A DNA stretch of 64,000 nucleotides from a virus: positions 1 to 64,000 of IMG/VR virus record IMGVR_UViG_3300045391_002681; one strand, given 5' to 3'. Below the pieces are notes generated by a model. It ran no database searches. It saw only the letters and a list, made by a program, of their open reading frames with translations, and had not been told where the DNA came from. Position 1 is the stretch's first letter. Each line of letters starts with the position of its first letter. A program made the position numbers and the translations under genes. Shown piece by piece: positions 34,079 to 43,735 of this stretch.

Positions 34079-35398
34079 TTACGGCGAGACACCAGCCACG
34101 AGCGGGCCGGCGTTCACAGTGTCGCCGAGGTCGTGGTTGTTGATGTCGAAGCGCTCGGTGCCCAGCAGGCCGATCTGGTCGTTCTCGAAGTAGCGGTGAT
34201 CGGAGCGCTTGATGGTCACGCCGCGACGTTCCCCGAGGGCCGAGGACTTGCTGAGGTCGCCGAACAGGAACTGCGCCTTGCCGGAGCCAGGCGCCGCGAT
34301 CGGCAGCTTCTGGGCGATCACGACCGGGAAGCCCAGCAGGCGCGGGTTCATCGGATCGGTCGCCAGGGTGGCGATGGTGTTGCCGCCAGCCTTGGCGAGG
34401 ACGGTTCCGGCCGCCGAGTAGAACATCTGCTGGCTCATGTACCACTTGGCGCCAGGCAGGGCGTATTGCGGCAGCTTGCCCATGGTGCCGGTGAAGTCCG
34501 CCACAGTGAGCGCCGTCAGGGTCGCGGACGAGGTCTGGTATTGGCCGGCGGTGTGGTTGCCGTCCGCGAAGATGGTGGAGACGCCGCGGATGCCGCCGTA
34601 CGAGGAAGTGCCGTCGCCGTTGAAGCCAGCGTCGTCTTCCTTGGCCGCGAAGGCGTAGGCGATTTCACCCACCAGCCAGTCGGCGATGGACACCACGGCG
34701 TCCTCGGCGATCTCGTTGGACATGCGGGTGAGCGCGCCGAGCTTCTTGGCGGTCAGGTTCACCGCGTCCCAGGAAGCCTGGGACTCGCTCACCGCCTGGT
34801 TTTCGCCGGTGAAGAATGCGGTCAGACCGCCGGTGCGGCGCGGCCAGTTCAGGGTGTCGGAGCCCATCGGGACGACCTGGCACTCGCGGCGGAACACGCC
34901 GAACTGCTCGCGCAGGACGATGATGTTGGCCAGCAGCTCTTCCGGAACCAGGAAGCCGCCGGCGCTGTCCACGCCCTCGCCCTGGGCCTTGGTCACGGGG
35001 ATGCCGCGCGACTTGCACCAGTCGATTGCCTCGGCGTTGCCGAAGATCGTGGCCTTGAACCACATGCCGGCGGTGTAGGCCTGGTCGACGGCGCGGACGG
35101 TCTGGCCGGCCACTTCGCGGTCCTTGAAGTGCTTCAGGCTGCCATAGACCTTATGGGCGCTGGGCGGCGCCGAGGGCGTCAGGCGGTCCTGGCCAGGAAC
35201 GGGGGTGGCGAGGCTGCGGGCGATCGCCTGGGCGTCCTCCAGCTGCTTGATGCGCTTCTGCAGTTCGGGGATCGTGCCGTCCTTCAGGGCGTCATAGACG
35301 TCCTGCTTGAAGCCGTCGGCTTCGGACTTGCCGGCCATCGCTTCGAGTTCGTCGACAGCCTTGCTCAGCTGCTGACGCAGTTCATGGATCTTCGCCAT
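34079..35398 (-). CDS. Major capsid protein (HK97 fold) with delta domain
   Basis: GGFLVPEE, LTAKKLG, NGDG, LLGFPV, FGD, ERFD. Confidence 0.95.
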   Translation of the reverse strand: MAKIHELRQQLSKAVDELEAMAGKSEADGFKQDVYDALKDGTIPELQKRIKQLEDAQAIARSLATPVPGQDRLTPSAPPSAHKVYGSLKHFKDREVAGQTVRAVDQAYTAGMWFKATIFGNAEAIDWCKSRGIPVTKAQGEGVDSAGGFLVPEELLANIIVLREQFGVFRRECQVVPMGSDTLNWPRRTGGLTAFFTGENQAVSESQASWDAVNLTAKKLGALTRMSNEIAEDAVVSIADWLVGEIAYAFAAKEDDAGFNGDGTSSYGGIRGVSTIFADGNHTAGQYQTSSATLTALTVADFTGTMGKLPQYALPGAKWYMSQQMFYSAAGTVLAKAGGNTIATLATDPMNPRLLGFPVVIAQKLPIAAPGSGKAQFLFGDLSKSSALGERRGVTIKRSDHRYFENDQIGLLGTERFDINNHDLGDTVNAGPLVAGVSP

Positions 35399-35526
35399 GG
35401 GGTGGGCTCCATCTAGGGGAAAGCGGCGTCGTCGCGACGCTGCGGTTCGCCTTGCCGAAGGGCGTGTTGAGGCGGAGCTAGACGCTTGGCGTCAGCCCGA
35501 TTCCGGGGTGTCGGTGACCCGAGATT

Positions 35527-37011
35527 TCAGTTGTTGGTGGGCAGGGACGCCTTCAGGCGCGCGACCTCTGCGAGCCGCTTTTCTTCAGGAGTCATGTCGA
35601 CGGGGTCATCGGGCCCGACCGCGCTCGGCTCCGGCGTGCCACCGCCGTCGTCGAGGTCGGTTCCCTCCTCCACTTCGTCGTCCGGCTCATCGTCGAGGAC
35701 GGACTTGATGCAGTCGGTGGCCATGGCGTGGTAGCTCATGGCCCGCTCCAGCATCGCCTTCGTCGCGGCCGAGACACGGCGCCCGGCCTTCAGGGCAACT
35801 TCGACGGCCTCCCTGATTTCGGTCGAGTCGATCTTGAGCAACAGCGTCTGGACGCTCTTGTCCGGCTTCATCATCGCCTCGTAGTGGTCGAGCACCGCCC
35901 TGCCCGTCTCCTTGACGCTGTCTGGGATGTCGGATTGCGGCAGGCGGGAAGCGGCGGCGCGGATGCCCGACGCCATCGCCGTTAGCTTGCCGTCGGCCAC
36001 TCGGGCGAACGGGAGCTTGTAAGAGCCGCGCAGCTTGGGGGCCGAGGCGTCGTAGGCCAGGAAGCCCTTGCGCGCTTCGGCCGGGTCGAAGTCATCGCCG
36101 CCGGCATGTTCGAAGATCGAGGCCTCGGCGGTGCCCCCGTCCCAGGCGCCCTCTTCGTCCAGCGGCAGATCGCGGGCGGCGCCGCATTTCCAGTCCTCGC
36201 CGGCTTTGGTCTCCTCGATGGCGCGCAGCGTGTAGCCCGGCTCCAGGATGAGCAGTTCGTTGTGGTCCTGGCTCCACCGCTTGAAGGACTCGCGCATCCG
36301 CTCTAGCCCCTTGGCGGAAACGTCGCGGTCGCCCTGGATGTAGTATTGAACGCCTGCGCCGGTCCGGGCCTGGAGGCGAAGGGCCTCGATGTCCTTGCGG
36401 GGCATGAAGATCGTGTCGCCGCTGTCGAGCACCTTTTCGGCCCATTCCTGGAGCGGCCGAGTGTCGACGCCCATGCTGCGGGCCTCACCGAGGGCATTGG
36501 GATTGCACGGCACCGGGCAGACGGAGATTTCGAGGAGGGTCTGCTTCTTGAAGTCGATGCCGTACGGCCGGTTCTTGTCGGACGTGAACGCCCACTCCTT
36601 CGGCAGGAAGCCGACCGAAACGGCGTTGAGGAACTTGCCCTTGACCAGGCGATAGATGGTGTCGGCGAACTCGTAGATGTCAGGCGTGGCGAACTCGATG
36701 TCGCCGACCAGCTCGCCGCCTTGCACGCTCACGTTGGACGCACGCCCGATCGGCGGCTCCCAACTCATGTGGCTGAATAGCGCGACCGGGTTGCGCTTGA
36801 AGATGCCGAGGTCCCAGCCCTTCGGGTCTATGCTATCGCCCGAATGGTCGACCGTCGCATCGGAGAACACGAAGCGCTGCGTGCGCGATGCTTCGTCGCC
36901 GACTTGCTGCGGCTCGGCCGTGGCGAACTTGAACAGCGTGGCCTCAGGCTGCTGGCCACCGTCCTTCACCGCAGCGCGGAAGGCGTCTGCGTCCAAGAGC
37001 TTCATGGTCAT
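35527..37011 (-). CDS. HK97-type prohead protease with C-terminal extensions
   Basis: NPVALFSH, SVGF, LLEISVCPVPCNPNA. Confidence 0.9.
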   Translation of the reverse strand: MTMKLLDADAFRAAVKDGGQQPEATLFKFATAEPQQVGDEASRTQRFVFSDATVDHSGDSIDPKGWDLGIFKRNPVALFSHMSWEPPIGRASNVSVQGGELVGDIEFATPDIYEFADTIYRLVKGKFLNAVSVGFLPKEWAFTSDKNRPYGIDFKKQTLLEISVCPVPCNPNALGEARSMGVDTRPLQEWAEKVLDSGDTIFMPRKDIEALRLQARTGAGVQYYIQGDRDVSAKGLERMRESFKRWSQDHNELLILEPGYTLRAIEETKAGEDWKCGAARDLPLDEEGAWDGGTAEASIFEHAGGDDFDPAEARKGFLAYDASAPKLRGSYKLPFARVADGKLTAMASGIRAAASRLPQSDIPDSVKETGRAVLDHYEAMMKPDKSVQTLLLKIDSTEIREAVEVALKAGRRVSAATKAMLERAMSYHAMATDCIKSVLDDEPDDEVEEGTDLDDGGGTPEPSAVGPDDPVDMTPEEKRLAEVARLKASLPTNN

Positions 37012-37020
37012 GGCGGTCCC

Positions 37021-38079
37021 TTACGGCGCGACCAGCACGGCGAGGCTGCCGGCGTTGGTCGAGTCGCCCATGTCGTGGATCACGGCGTCGAAGCGCTCCG
37101 TGGCGAGGATGGCGATCTGGTCGGTGTCGAGATAGCGATGGTCGCTGCGGGCAATGGTGAGGCCGCGGCGCTGGCCGAGGACGGCGGCGGCGTACATGTC
37201 GCCGAACGCCATCATCGCCTTGCCCGAGGTGACGCTGGAGCCGAGCGGCAGTTTCTGGCTCATGACAACCGGGAAGCCGAGGTACATCGGCGTCGGGATG
37301 CCGTCGGCCTCGCCTTCATGCAGGCCGCCACCCCCAGCGGAGGCCAGGCGCACCATCGTCTGGCCAAAGCCGGTGACGCTCACGAACCACGCCGCACGCG
37401 GGAGCGCCGAGGCTCGCACCGCGCCGACCAGCTTTCCGAGGTCCGCGCCGGTCAGCGAGGCGAAAGCGTCATTGCTGGCGGCGACGTTGGCGGTCCCGTG
37501 GCTGCCGTCGGTCGCGAGCGGGCCGATGCCGCGCATCCCGCCATAGGTCGAAGACCCATCGCCGTTGAACGCGCAGTCGTCTTCCTTCGCGGCCAGCGCC
37601 CAGGCCATCTCGTTGGCGACGTAGTCGACTAGGTCGACGATGGAGTCCTCGTCCAGTTCGCTGGACAGGGTGACGAGCGCGGCCAACTTCTTGGCGGTGA
37701 GTTGGACCCCGTCCATGTTGGTCGAGGTCGCGGCACCGGTCGCCGCCGAGCCGCCCTCGCTCAGGAAGAAGGCGGCGGCCGTGCCGGTGCGGCGCGGAAA
37801 GAGAGAACTGTCCGAGCCCATCGGCCAGACACAGGCCCGGCGCCGGAAGGCGCCGAAGCTGTCGCGCAGGTCGAGGATGGCGTTTTCAAGCTCAGTTGGG
37901 ACGAGGAAGCCGCCGCCGGAGCCGATGCCCTCGCCTTGGGCCTTGCGGATCGCCACGCCCTTCTTGTCGCACCAGGTCCGCGCTTCGGCGTTGCCGTAGA
38001 TTGTGGCCAGAAGCCACTTGCCGGCGCGCTCATAGCGGGCGTCGATCTCCGGGCCGGAGCCGGGAAATGCTCGTTTCAT
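37021..38079 (-). CDS. Second HK97-fold capsid protein paralogue lacking most of the delta domain
   Basis: Collinear with the MCP (ATIYGNAEA, KAQGEG..GGFLVP, AKEDD.AFNGDG, RSDHRY, ERFD). Confidence 0.9.
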   Translation of the reverse strand: MKRAFPGSGPEIDARYERAGKWLLATIYGNAEARTWCDKKGVAIRKAQGEGIGSGGGFLVPTELENAILDLRDSFGAFRRRACVWPMGSDSSLFPRRTGTAAAFFLSEGGSAATGAATSTNMDGVQLTAKKLAALVTLSSELDEDSIVDLVDYVANEMAWALAAKEDDCAFNGDGSSTYGGMRGIGPLATDGSHGTANVAASNDAFASLTGADLGKLVGAVRASALPRAAWFVSVTGFGQTMVRLASAGGGGLHEGEADGIPTPMYLGFPVVMSQKLPLGSSVTSGKAMMAFGDMYAAAVLGQRRGLTIARSDHRYLDTDQIAILATERFDAVIHDMGDSTNAGSLAVLVAP

Positions 38080-38094
38080 TCGGCTCGTCCTTGC

Positions 38095-39426
38095 TCAGTC
38101 TTGTGGCGCGGAGGGGTCTTCAGTCGCCGCCGGGTCGCCACGGCCGCCCGCTGCGGGCGCTCCGGTCACGTCGCTTCCCGGACCGGTTTCCTTGCCGGCC
38201 GGTTCGAACCCGATCGGCGCGACATTGGTCGGCTGGTAGAGGTCGTCGCCGCCATCCATGTCTTCCCAGCCGTCGGCCCATTCCGCTTCGGCGCGGCGGG
38301 CCTGGTTGGGCTTCATGAACATCCCGACGATGCCGGTGCGGTAGGCGTTGTAGCGGGCCGTCATGTTGGCCCGCATGAGGATCGAGGTATCGAACTGAAC
38401 GATCAGCCCCTGCTCGGCCAGGCCGAAGTCGTGAGCCAGCTTTGCTTCCCAGCGCCCAAGGTCGCCGGAAACCGGACCGTTCATGTATTCCTGGTCCATC
38501 TGCTCGACGGTGGCGCCGTTGGCGCCCGGAACACCGAGCTTGTGCAGAGGCATTCGGTAGAGGCGTGCGATCTCCGGGACTTGGAAATCACGCGAGGCGA
38601 CCAGCTCGGCGTCCTTGGCCGACATGCCGAGCGGCTGCCACTTCAGGCCCTGCTCGAGCACGGCGGTCTCGCCGGCGTTCTGCAAGCCCTGGCGGCGCTT
38701 CTTCCAGTCCTCGCCGATGCGCTTGGCGGCTTCTGGGGTCAGCTTCCCGTCGGTCGTGAGCACGCCGCCGAGGTTGGTGCTATTGGCGCTCAGGCGCCCG
38801 GCCAGTTCCTGTTGAGATAGGGCCAGGCCGATAGCTTCACGCGCCAGGGCGATCCGAGAGGCGCCGTAAAGCGAGTTGTCGAGCGCCATCCAGCGCAGAT
38901 GCAGCATGTCCTCTGACGGGATCATCAGAGGCATGTCTTCGAGCACGGCGGTCTCGTGCAGGCCGCGACGCGCGACCTGGTAGAAGTACTGACCGCCAGG
39001 GGCCTCGTAGATCCAAACCCGGTCTGGGTTGACCGGGATCAGGGCCGTGACGTTCCCGCGCCAGTCCCGCAGCTTCACCGCATAGGCGTTGCCGCGGAGC
39101 AGGATAGAGACCTGCATCTGCTCCTTGAACTCGAAGGCGCTCTGGTAGTCGTTCGGGCGCTGAAGCACCTTCTCCAGCGGGTGGTCGGCCACGATCTGCC
39201 GGCCGCCATTGGGCAGGCACCGATAGACGTGAACCGGAAGCTTGGCGATGTCCTCGGCGCGGATCGAAACACAGGCCTGGACGGTCGACACCTGTAGCGC
39301 GGTCAATTGGGTGACCGCCATGCCGCCGGCGCTGACGGACGTGGGGCCGTACTCCGACCACCACTCGTCGATCGTCATCGACTTCTTGCCGCGGATGGCG
39401 TCGACGACGCGCGACCAGTAGCTCAT
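38095..39426 (-). CDS. Portal protein (HK97 family)
   Basis: RPNDYQS, LLRGNAY, MLHLR, EIARLY. Confidence 0.93.
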   Translation of the reverse strand: MSYWSRVVDAIRGKKSMTIDEWWSEYGPTSVSAGGMAVTQLTALQVSTVQACVSIRAEDIAKLPVHVYRCLPNGGRQIVADHPLEKVLQRPNDYQSAFEFKEQMQVSILLRGNAYAVKLRDWRGNVTALIPVNPDRVWIYEAPGGQYFYQVARRGLHETAVLEDMPLMIPSEDMLHLRWMALDNSLYGASRIALAREAIGLALSQQELAGRLSANSTNLGGVLTTDGKLTPEAAKRIGEDWKKRRQGLQNAGETAVLEQGLKWQPLGMSAKDAELVASRDFQVPEIARLYRMPLHKLGVPGANGATVEQMDQEYMNGPVSGDLGRWEAKLAHDFGLAEQGLIVQFDTSILMRANMTARYNAYRTGIVGMFMKPNQARRAEAEWADGWEDMDGGDDLYQPTNVAPIGFEPAGKETGPGSDVTGAPAAGGRGDPAATEDPSAPQD

Positions 39427-39443
39427 CGTTCGCGCCTCTGGGG

Positions 39444-41276
39444 TTAGAAGAACAGCAGGCCACGCTCCTCGTAGACGAGCCGGGTTTGTCCGACCGTCCG
39501 GGTCGCGGCCCCGACCGCCATGGCCAGCGCCACGAGCGGGTCGATGCGTTGCGTCGCCTTCCGCTTGGAGAACCAGCGGTTGTCGAATGGGTCGTGTTCG
39601 ATCGCCGCCGACGCGCAGGCCGAGACGAGCACGGGATTTCGCAGTAGCCGGATACGCCGCTCAAGGATCAGCTCCTCGAGCGTGTTCAGCGACCCCGGCA
39701 TCCACAGTCCTTCCGGCGGTTCCTCACCGGCCAGCTTCGCCGCCTCGATCTCTGCATCCGTCGGCCTGGCCCGGCGCTTGCCACCCTGGGGATGCTCGAC
39801 CTCGTTCAAGGTCAGGCCAAGGGCGTCCAGCTCGTCCGAGAGCTTGCGGTAGGCGTAGCGGTCGTAGGCCACGGACCGGATGATGAAGTCGCTGTCGTCC
39901 TCGGCGATCGCGGAGGCGACGAAGTCCATGCGGACGGTCGGCCCCGGCGTGGCCCTTAGGTGGCCCTCGGCGACCCAGACATCGTATGGCGCCCGGTCGG
40001 CAAGCGCCCGCTCAGCCAAGGTCTGGGCCGGCGTCCAGGCCTCGATCCAGGCGTCATAGGTCGGCTTGAGGATGGTCGTTCCATCCTCGCGCTCGACCTC
40101 GATTTCTCCGGTCTGCACGACGCAGGCCTTCGCCGTGAGATCCTTGGTTCCCGACAGGTCGAGGCCGAGGTCGATTTCCTTGCCGCGGTGCTCCTCCGGA
40201 TCGAAGTCCGCAAGAACCGCCTCCAGCGCCTCCCGGCCGATCCAGGCGTCCTCGGCATCGGTCCAGACGCAGAAGTGAAGGCGCATCACGCCGTTCAATT
40301 TGCCCGGCATGGCCTTGGCCTGACTGACGACCCCGGCGAGGTATTCCGGCGTGATCGTCACGCCCAGGAGTGGGTTGGCCTTGGCCCAGCAGCTCGGATC
40401 GGTGAGCGGGTCGTCCCCGTCATCCAGGGAACAAACAAAAGCGAAGGTGCTGTCGTCCTCGATTTCGCGCCGAGCGACTCGGATCGCGTGGTCGTGCTCT
40501 TCCCAGCAGATCGAGTTCCGGTCTGAGCCGGAGTTGGTGATCATCAGCAGGAGCGGCTGGCGGCGGAACTTGAAGCCGCGCTCCAGCATCTCCATCGTCG
40601 AGCGGTCAGGGTGCTCGTGAACCTCGTCGCAGAGCGCGACGTGGGGCCGCGGGCCGGAGCCGGTCTTGCCCGCCTCTTTCGAGATTGGCCGGAAGAACGA
40701 GCCCGACGGATGGTGGGCGATGTTGTATTCCCGTCCGGGGCCACCGCTGAACTGAAGCCGCTTGGCCAGGGCCGGCGACTTGCGCACCATCTTGACCGCG
40801 TCGCGGAACAGGATTCCGGCCTGCTCCTTGCGGGCGCCGGCGGCGTAAATCTCCGCGCCGGCCTCGTCGTCCGCTGTCTGGCAGTAGAGACCTATTCCGC
40901 CCGCAAGCGGTGACTTGCCATTGCCCTTGCCCTGCTCGACGTAGGCGCGGCGGAACCGACGGTTGCCGTCCGGCCGCTTCCAGCCGAAGATCGAGCCCAG
41001 GATGAACGCCTGGGACGGATGCAGCCGGAACGGCTGACCCTCAAACTGGCCCTCGCTGAGCTGCAGGACCGTTTCGAAGAACCCGAAGATGCGGTCGGCC
41101 GCCTCGGTGTCGAATCTCAGGCCGCGCTCATGGCCGCGCTCGAGGTCGTCCAGGTGTCGCCTGGCGGCGTCGCGGACATGCGGGCCGGCAACGATACGCC
41201 CTTCCGCTACATCCAGCGCGTACTGCGTCGTGCGGTCAGTTGAAGAAGCGATCGGCCGGGTCTTCGTCCTCGTCAT
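39444..41276 (-). CDS. terL: Terminase large subunit
   Basis: GKGNGKS Walker A, LCDEVH Walker B, GLDLS, RIDPLVA. Confidence 0.95.
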   Translation of the reverse strand: MTRTKTRPIASSTDRTTQYALDVAEGRIVAGPHVRDAARRHLDDLERGHERGLRFDTEAADRIFGFFETVLQLSEGQFEGQPFRLHPSQAFILGSIFGWKRPDGNRRFRRAYVEQGKGNGKSPLAGGIGLYCQTADDEAGAEIYAAGARKEQAGILFRDAVKMVRKSPALAKRLQFSGGPGREYNIAHHPSGSFFRPISKEAGKTGSGPRPHVALCDEVHEHPDRSTMEMLERGFKFRRQPLLLMITNSGSDRNSICWEEHDHAIRVARREIEDDSTFAFVCSLDDGDDPLTDPSCWAKANPLLGVTITPEYLAGVVSQAKAMPGKLNGVMRLHFCVWTDAEDAWIGREALEAVLADFDPEEHRGKEIDLGLDLSGTKDLTAKACVVQTGEIEVEREDGTTILKPTYDAWIEAWTPAQTLAERALADRAPYDVWVAEGHLRATPGPTVRMDFVASAIAEDDSDFIIRSVAYDRYAYRKLSDELDALGLTLNEVEHPQGGKRRARPTDAEIEAAKLAGEEPPEGLWMPGSLNTLEELILERRIRLLRNPVLVSACASAAIEHDPFDNRWFSKRKATQRIDPLVALAMAVGAATRTVGQTRLVYEERGLLFF

Positions 41277-41613
41277 CCGTCTGGCCGACCTTCGTTTCAT
41301 CGACCGGCGTCGCCGCAAGCTTGGACAGGATCGCGCTTAAGGTCTGGATCTGGTTCACGCCAACGTCCGGCTCTTCCATCCTGACCTGGAGGATGCAGGC
41401 CAGCCGAAGCAGCGCCCGGTGCGAGTTGTTCAGCCACGGCAGATCGGTGCGGAACTCTTCCCACGCCGCGCACTGCGGCTCGGTCATGCTGGCGTACGGC
41501 TTGCCCAACGGCCTGGTGCGCTTCGGCGCCTGTCGGCCTCTGAACCGGTCAGGGTTTTTTACGGCTGCGCCGCTCGTTTCTGCCTTAGCTGCCGGCAATC
41601 TTGGCCGAGCCAT
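41236..41613 (-). CDS. terS: Terminase small subunit
   Basis: Position and MARPR...KLAATP motif. Confidence 0.75.
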   Translation of the reverse strand: MARPRLPAAKAETSGAAVKNPDRFRGRQAPKRTRPLGKPYASMTEPQCAAWEEFRTDLPWLNNSHRALLRLACILQVRMEEPDVGVNQIQTLSAILSKLAATPVDETKVGQTDDEDEDPADRFFN

Positions 41614-42056
41614 GTGAACTCATGTTCTGAATTGTGGATGCGTGCGTTTTGGGTCGGCCCGGTTTCGGCACTCGCGCCCATTGGCCTTCGATACCCCCAT
41701 CCATGCCATCGGTTGAAGGGATGGCGCGGGTCAGTGGGAAAGCCGTCGTTGCTGACGGCGGACGAGAAGCCATGGCGGTCGTTCTCTTGGCCGCTCGCCT
41801 CCTCGGCCTGGATGGGGCCGTCGTGGCAAGGCTGGCAGACCGACTGGAGGTTCGTCGGATCACGGAACAGGTTGGCGTCGCCCTTGTGGGGCTTACGGTG
41901 GTTGACGACGGTGGCGCTGACGACGAAGCCCTTGGCCCGGCAGCGCTCGCAGATCGGTTGGCATTGAAGCTGGGCCTTGCGGAGCGCTCGCCACTCGGCT
42001 GTCTGGTAGAGCTTCCTGTATGCCGCAGCTTCTGGGCTGCGCTGGTCGGGACGCAC
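41559..42056 (-). CDS. Packaging-associated HNH endonuclease
   Basis: PICERC...VVNHRKPHKGD...NLQSVCQPCHD. Confidence 0.88.
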   Translation of the reverse strand: MRPDQRSPEAAAYRKLYQTAEWRALRKAQLQCQPICERCRAKGFVVSATVVNHRKPHKGDANLFRDPTNLQSVCQPCHDGPIQAEEASGQENDRHGFSSAVSNDGFPTDPRHPFNRWHGWGYRRPMGASAETGPTQNARIHNSEHEFTWLGQDCRQLRQKRAAQP

Positions 42057-42190
42057 GGCCTAGTGGTGGTGCATCGCGGCGTAGAGCTGCGTCGCGGCAA
42101 AGATGGCGATGGCCAGTTCAGCGAGCGCACCAAGGCGGATCAGGGATGCGCCCACGACCAGAATGGCGCGCTCGATGTCGAACGATCGCA

Positions 42191-42457
42191 TCAGTTCGGC
42201 ACCGCGAGCGGATGACCCTCGGTAGCGCAGTCCGGGATGCGCTGAACCTTGACGTTGATGGCGCCGAGTTTCGCGCCGCCGTCCAGGACTAGCAGTTTGA
42301 CGCCGTCGCCAGCGAACTTCTCCCACTCGGCTTTGATGCGCTTGACCGTTTCGGGCGACAGGCGCTGTTCGCAGGTCAGGACGAAGCGGTCGTCCGGGCC
42401 GATGGTCAGGTGCTGAAGATCGCCGATGAACCTGATCTTGGGTTCTTTGCCGAACAT
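42191..42457 (-). CDS. Hypothetical protein resembling a portal clip segment
   Basis: LSPETVKRIKAEW...LLVLDGG vs portal LTPEAAKRIGEDW...TAVLEQG. Confidence 0.6.
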   Translation of the reverse strand: MFGKEPKIRFIGDLQHLTIGPDDRFVLTCEQRLSPETVKRIKAEWEKFAGDGVKLLVLDGGAKLGAINVKVQRIPDCATEGHPLAVPN

Positions 42458-42512
42458 GATCGGGTCCGTTCGTTGTTGATATCGCCTACGCGTAGATGAT
42501 ATCGTCTACGCC

Positions 42513-42824
42513 ATGCCCAGACCGAAGCCCGCCGAAGAGCCTGTCCAGATCGCCGTGCGCATCGCGCCTTCGCTGCTCAAGCGGTTGGACGCTGAGGCCG
42601 AGGCATCCGAGCGCAGCCGGAATGCCGTGATCGCCGAAGCGCTGGCAGCGCACATCGACGAGAGCGGAAGTCGGAGGGCGACGCAGAAACTGGCGAAGGG
42701 CCTGGCGGCTCAAAAGGCCCGCGTAGAAGCGGCCAAGCCGGCAGCGACGCCGGGACGGATGACGTTCGACGACGTGCGGCCGAAGTTCGTGCCGCGCCTC
42801 AAGCCCGACAAGGTGAAGCGATGA
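42513..42824 (+). CDS. Ribbon-helix-helix regulator
   Basis: QIAVRIAPSLLKRLD...RSRNAVIAEAL. Confidence 0.8.
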   Translation: MPRPKPAEEPVQIAVRIAPSLLKRLDAEAEASERSRNAVIAEALAAHIDESGSRRATQKLAKGLAAQKARVEAAKPAATPGRMTFDDVRPKFVPRLKPDKVKR

Positions 42825-43026
42825 GCGAAAATCCACCCTTCCTAAAGGGCGAACTGGTCACCCGAGACGGGACCGATGTCCACGAGGTTGTTGACGTGGA
42901 CGACGGGCTAGGCGGGATAGTCGTTCGGTGCGTGACGGCCCCCAAGTCCCGCTGGACCGAGGTCGGCGACATCGAGAACAATCTCGCCAGCCGCTATCTT
43001 CGGGTTTCCCAGAAGGGGCAGAAGCG

Positions 43027-43431
43027 ATGAGTGAGATCAGGGCTATATCGGCCGAGGGGGTGACTAGTCAGTCGGTGAACGACGGTGCTTTCGCGATCCT
43101 GCAGTTTCAACGCACCAATCCGGACCCAAATGGCGGCACGATGGTCAATGTCGCGCTGCCCATGCAGATGATGTTTTACGTGGCCGTAGCTGCTCTCAAT
43201 GCCATTCCAAAGCCCGACCCCGGACTGACCGGGCACCATCCCTTCGTGCTGGCCGCCCAACAAGTCCAACTCGGGCGCGGCCCCAACGGGCAGATCATCT
43301 TCACGGTTGAGCTCGAACAAGGCGCTCGGCTGAGCTTCGAACTCGACCAAGGTCAAGCCGACAGCTTGGCCGCCGGCTTCGCTACCGTTGCAAGCCCAGT
43401 TGTGGGCAAGCCGTCGGGACCGGTGAACTGA
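43027..43431 (+). CDS. Hypothetical protein
   Basis: Coupled operon with 42513 and 42821. Confidence 0.55.
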   Translation: MSEIRAISAEGVTSQSVNDGAFAILQFQRTNPDPNGGTMVNVALPMQMMFYVAVAALNAIPKPDPGLTGHHPFVLAAQQVQLGRGPNGQIIFTVELEQGARLSFELDQGQADSLAAGFATVASPVVGKPSGPVN

Positions 43432-43574
43432 TCGCCCTCGCCTCCCCCTAGCGCTGACAGACAGCGCGGAGGCAGGTCATCTCCAGTCCCGCCCTTTCGG
43501 GGTTGGCGAGGGTCTTTGCTCTGGCGTTCACGCCAGAAGGTCTCCGGTCGTCCTGTACTGGGCAGGGTCGGAGA

Positions 43575-43655
43575 TGGTGGAGCAGGTTAGGGGATCGAAC
43601 CCCACCCTTCGCTGCCGGCGATCAACCCGGCCGGGGCCGCGACCAGCGGACCTGC
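43575..43655 (-). ncRNA. Degenerate tRNA-like element
   Basis: Acceptor GCAGGT/ACCTGC, T arm GGGG-TTCGAT-CCCC, 3' TCCACCA, 10-nt 'anticodon' loop. Confidence 0.55.
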
Positions 43656-43661
43656 ATGAAG

Positions 43662-43735
43662 TGGAGCGGCGACGGGGATTCGAACCCCGATCCTCAGCTT
43701 GGAAGGCTGCGGCTCTACCCTTGAGCTATGGCCGC
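43662..43735 (-). tRNA. tRNA-Gly(TCC)
   Basis: GCGGCCA TAGCTCAAGGGTAGAGC...CAGC-CTTCCAA-GCTG...CGGGG-TTCGAAT-CCCCG TCGCCGC TCCA. Confidence 0.92.

Noticed and set aside
36511-36531. Array unit 2 (GA.AT.AG.TT.TG.GC.TC) targeting the protease EISVCPV codons
   Set aside because: Only 3 of 7 dinucleotides match; chance level. No self-target for units 1-2 was found by eye (search not exhaustive)
41620-41710. cos site
   Set aside because: Expected here by position (HNH-terS) but no specific sequence can be supported
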